From assembly GCA_002104905.1 (NCBI GenBank), contig MCFE01000479.1, positions 1 through 64,000 of the forward strand: 64,000 nt of DNA, written 5' to 3'. Positions within the stretch are counted from its first letter, which is position 1, and each line of letters opens with the position of its first letter. The position numbers and the translations under genes are program-made. The stretch comes from Basidiobolus meristosporus CBS 931.73. Its lineage: Eukaryota > Fungi > Basidiobolomycota. Shown piece by piece: positions 62,692 to 64,000 of the stretch. The notes beneath the pieces were generated by a model, which was not told where the DNA came from, ran no database searches, and saw only the letters and a program-made list of their open reading frames with translations.

Positions 62692-64000
62692 CTGCAAGGT
62701 TCATATTACTCCAGAAAGGATTTACCATACTGATTAGCAGACTCTTCAATATCATTCACGACTTCACAGTCAAGGAAACTACTAGAATCCGAGATACTTT
62801 CGATATCTCCATTTTCTGACGGTAAATAAGACATACAAACTTGAAGAGAGGAGCCTATGTTAAGAAACATTGCCGAACGATTGTGGACCTTTATAGAAAA
62901 CATCTTCTGAAGCTTATTGGAACGATTGCGGCCAAATCAATTCATTGGTACATCATAGCAATGCCCTTTGCCTTCTCTTACACTACGTGTGCTGATCTTA
63001 GCTTTAGAGATCATTGATCTGTTTCTCCTAAATCCGGACTGTTTCTTGCTATCAGCACCAAGTGTAAAACTACATCGGATGTGATTTGAGCGGCATAGAG
63101 TAGAGATGGTTCACTAATTGAGACAGATGCCACGTAACATCGCAGCGATTATGGATGTGCTCAATCCCTTGTTGTTTGATGTGGCGCAATCCATATCTCT
63201 TGGCAGATTCTACTCCGCAATGAAAATGGGTATAGCTAGAGGATTGAATTTACAGAATGGTGAGCTAAAGCTCAATGGTGCAGTCTGGTATTACTGCGTG
63301 GGATTATAACCCATGATGACGGTTCAGGGACAAGTCAGCTTTTAGGGTTAGGCTAAGCCTGTGAAATGTGTTTGAAGCGGCTATCTATTTCGAGTCAAGT
63401 CGATCATTTTATGTAGGTTAGGGCACCAACAACATGTTTCTTATTGAAGGAAACTCCCTCTAACGCTGTAAATGTGCTGGGCGCCAACACTAGAGGCCCA
63501 TCTGATTCCACAGCCACTATGACTCGGATTACCTGGGGAAAGAACTGGCTATTGTCTCTCTAGTACGGATACCACTTGATGTTGAAAATGCTATTACTCA
63601 TACACTCATGCATAAACGGTCATATCCTACTACAAGACCTCCAATCGCATGAACAATTATCATATTTACATTTTGATCATGCTAGTGGTGTGGACAATTG
63701 TTGAGCTTCCTGTCATATATTATGTAGCTGGACTAGGCATTGGGTGAAGCTTGGTTGGCAGATTTGGATTTCCTGCATTGATGTTTCAGGTGAAAATAGC
63801 ATAAATCATGATTAAAGTTATGTTGGAGGTTTGAGGCTCAACATTAAACCATTTCCCTTATCATGAATGTATGCCACGCACATTGATCTGTCAGTGTTGA
63901 TATGATTGATTGAAGTTGCTGAGAGCAAAAATTATCATTCGACTCTCATAATTGTCATGATCAGTGTCCATCTGGATGCAAACAACATTCAGGTAATATC

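Noticed and set aside
63340-63425. Isolated TTAGGG-like hexamers
   Set aside because: Too few and not tandem, so not a telomeric tract.

Overview
Eukaryotic genomic DNA, most likely from an early-diverging fungus. This is inferred from short 50-70 nt GT-AG introns, Git3/CAR-like GPCRs and a KIAA0930 homolog. The window has two compartments. (1) About 1-15.5 kb is CpG-poor and made of nested transposons. A two-gene CACTA/EnSpm-like DNA transposon family with CCCTATGAA termini is present as three copies. Copy B (1713-13194, AAA target duplication) and inverted copy A (<1-1493) both sit inside ORF2 of copy C (right end 14163). Copy B also carries a 1071-bp solo LTR (GCGG duplication) in its transposase and a full-length, decayed Ty1/Copia element (5914-10598, CTTTT duplication) between its two divergent genes. 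(2) About 15.5-64 kb is ordinary gene-bearing DNA. It holds a HAM1/DUF4449-like protein, two GPCR-like genes (one with a His-rich repeat ectodomain), a multicopper oxidase, a KIAA0930 homolog, a three-repeat putative mitochondrial protein, an MtnK/APH-like kinase, an HSL-family lipase, a WRN/EXD2-type exonuclease, an SCP2 protein, class III ADH, a CFEM-like GPI protein, a homeodomain factor and a tandem-PAS protein. It also holds an apparently intact gene of about 18 exons and about 2,500 aa encoding a VLIG/GBP-type GTPase fused to Cys/His-rich repeats and a C-terminal VWA domain. All family assignments come from motif recognition by eye, with no database searches. Intron boundaries were read manually.
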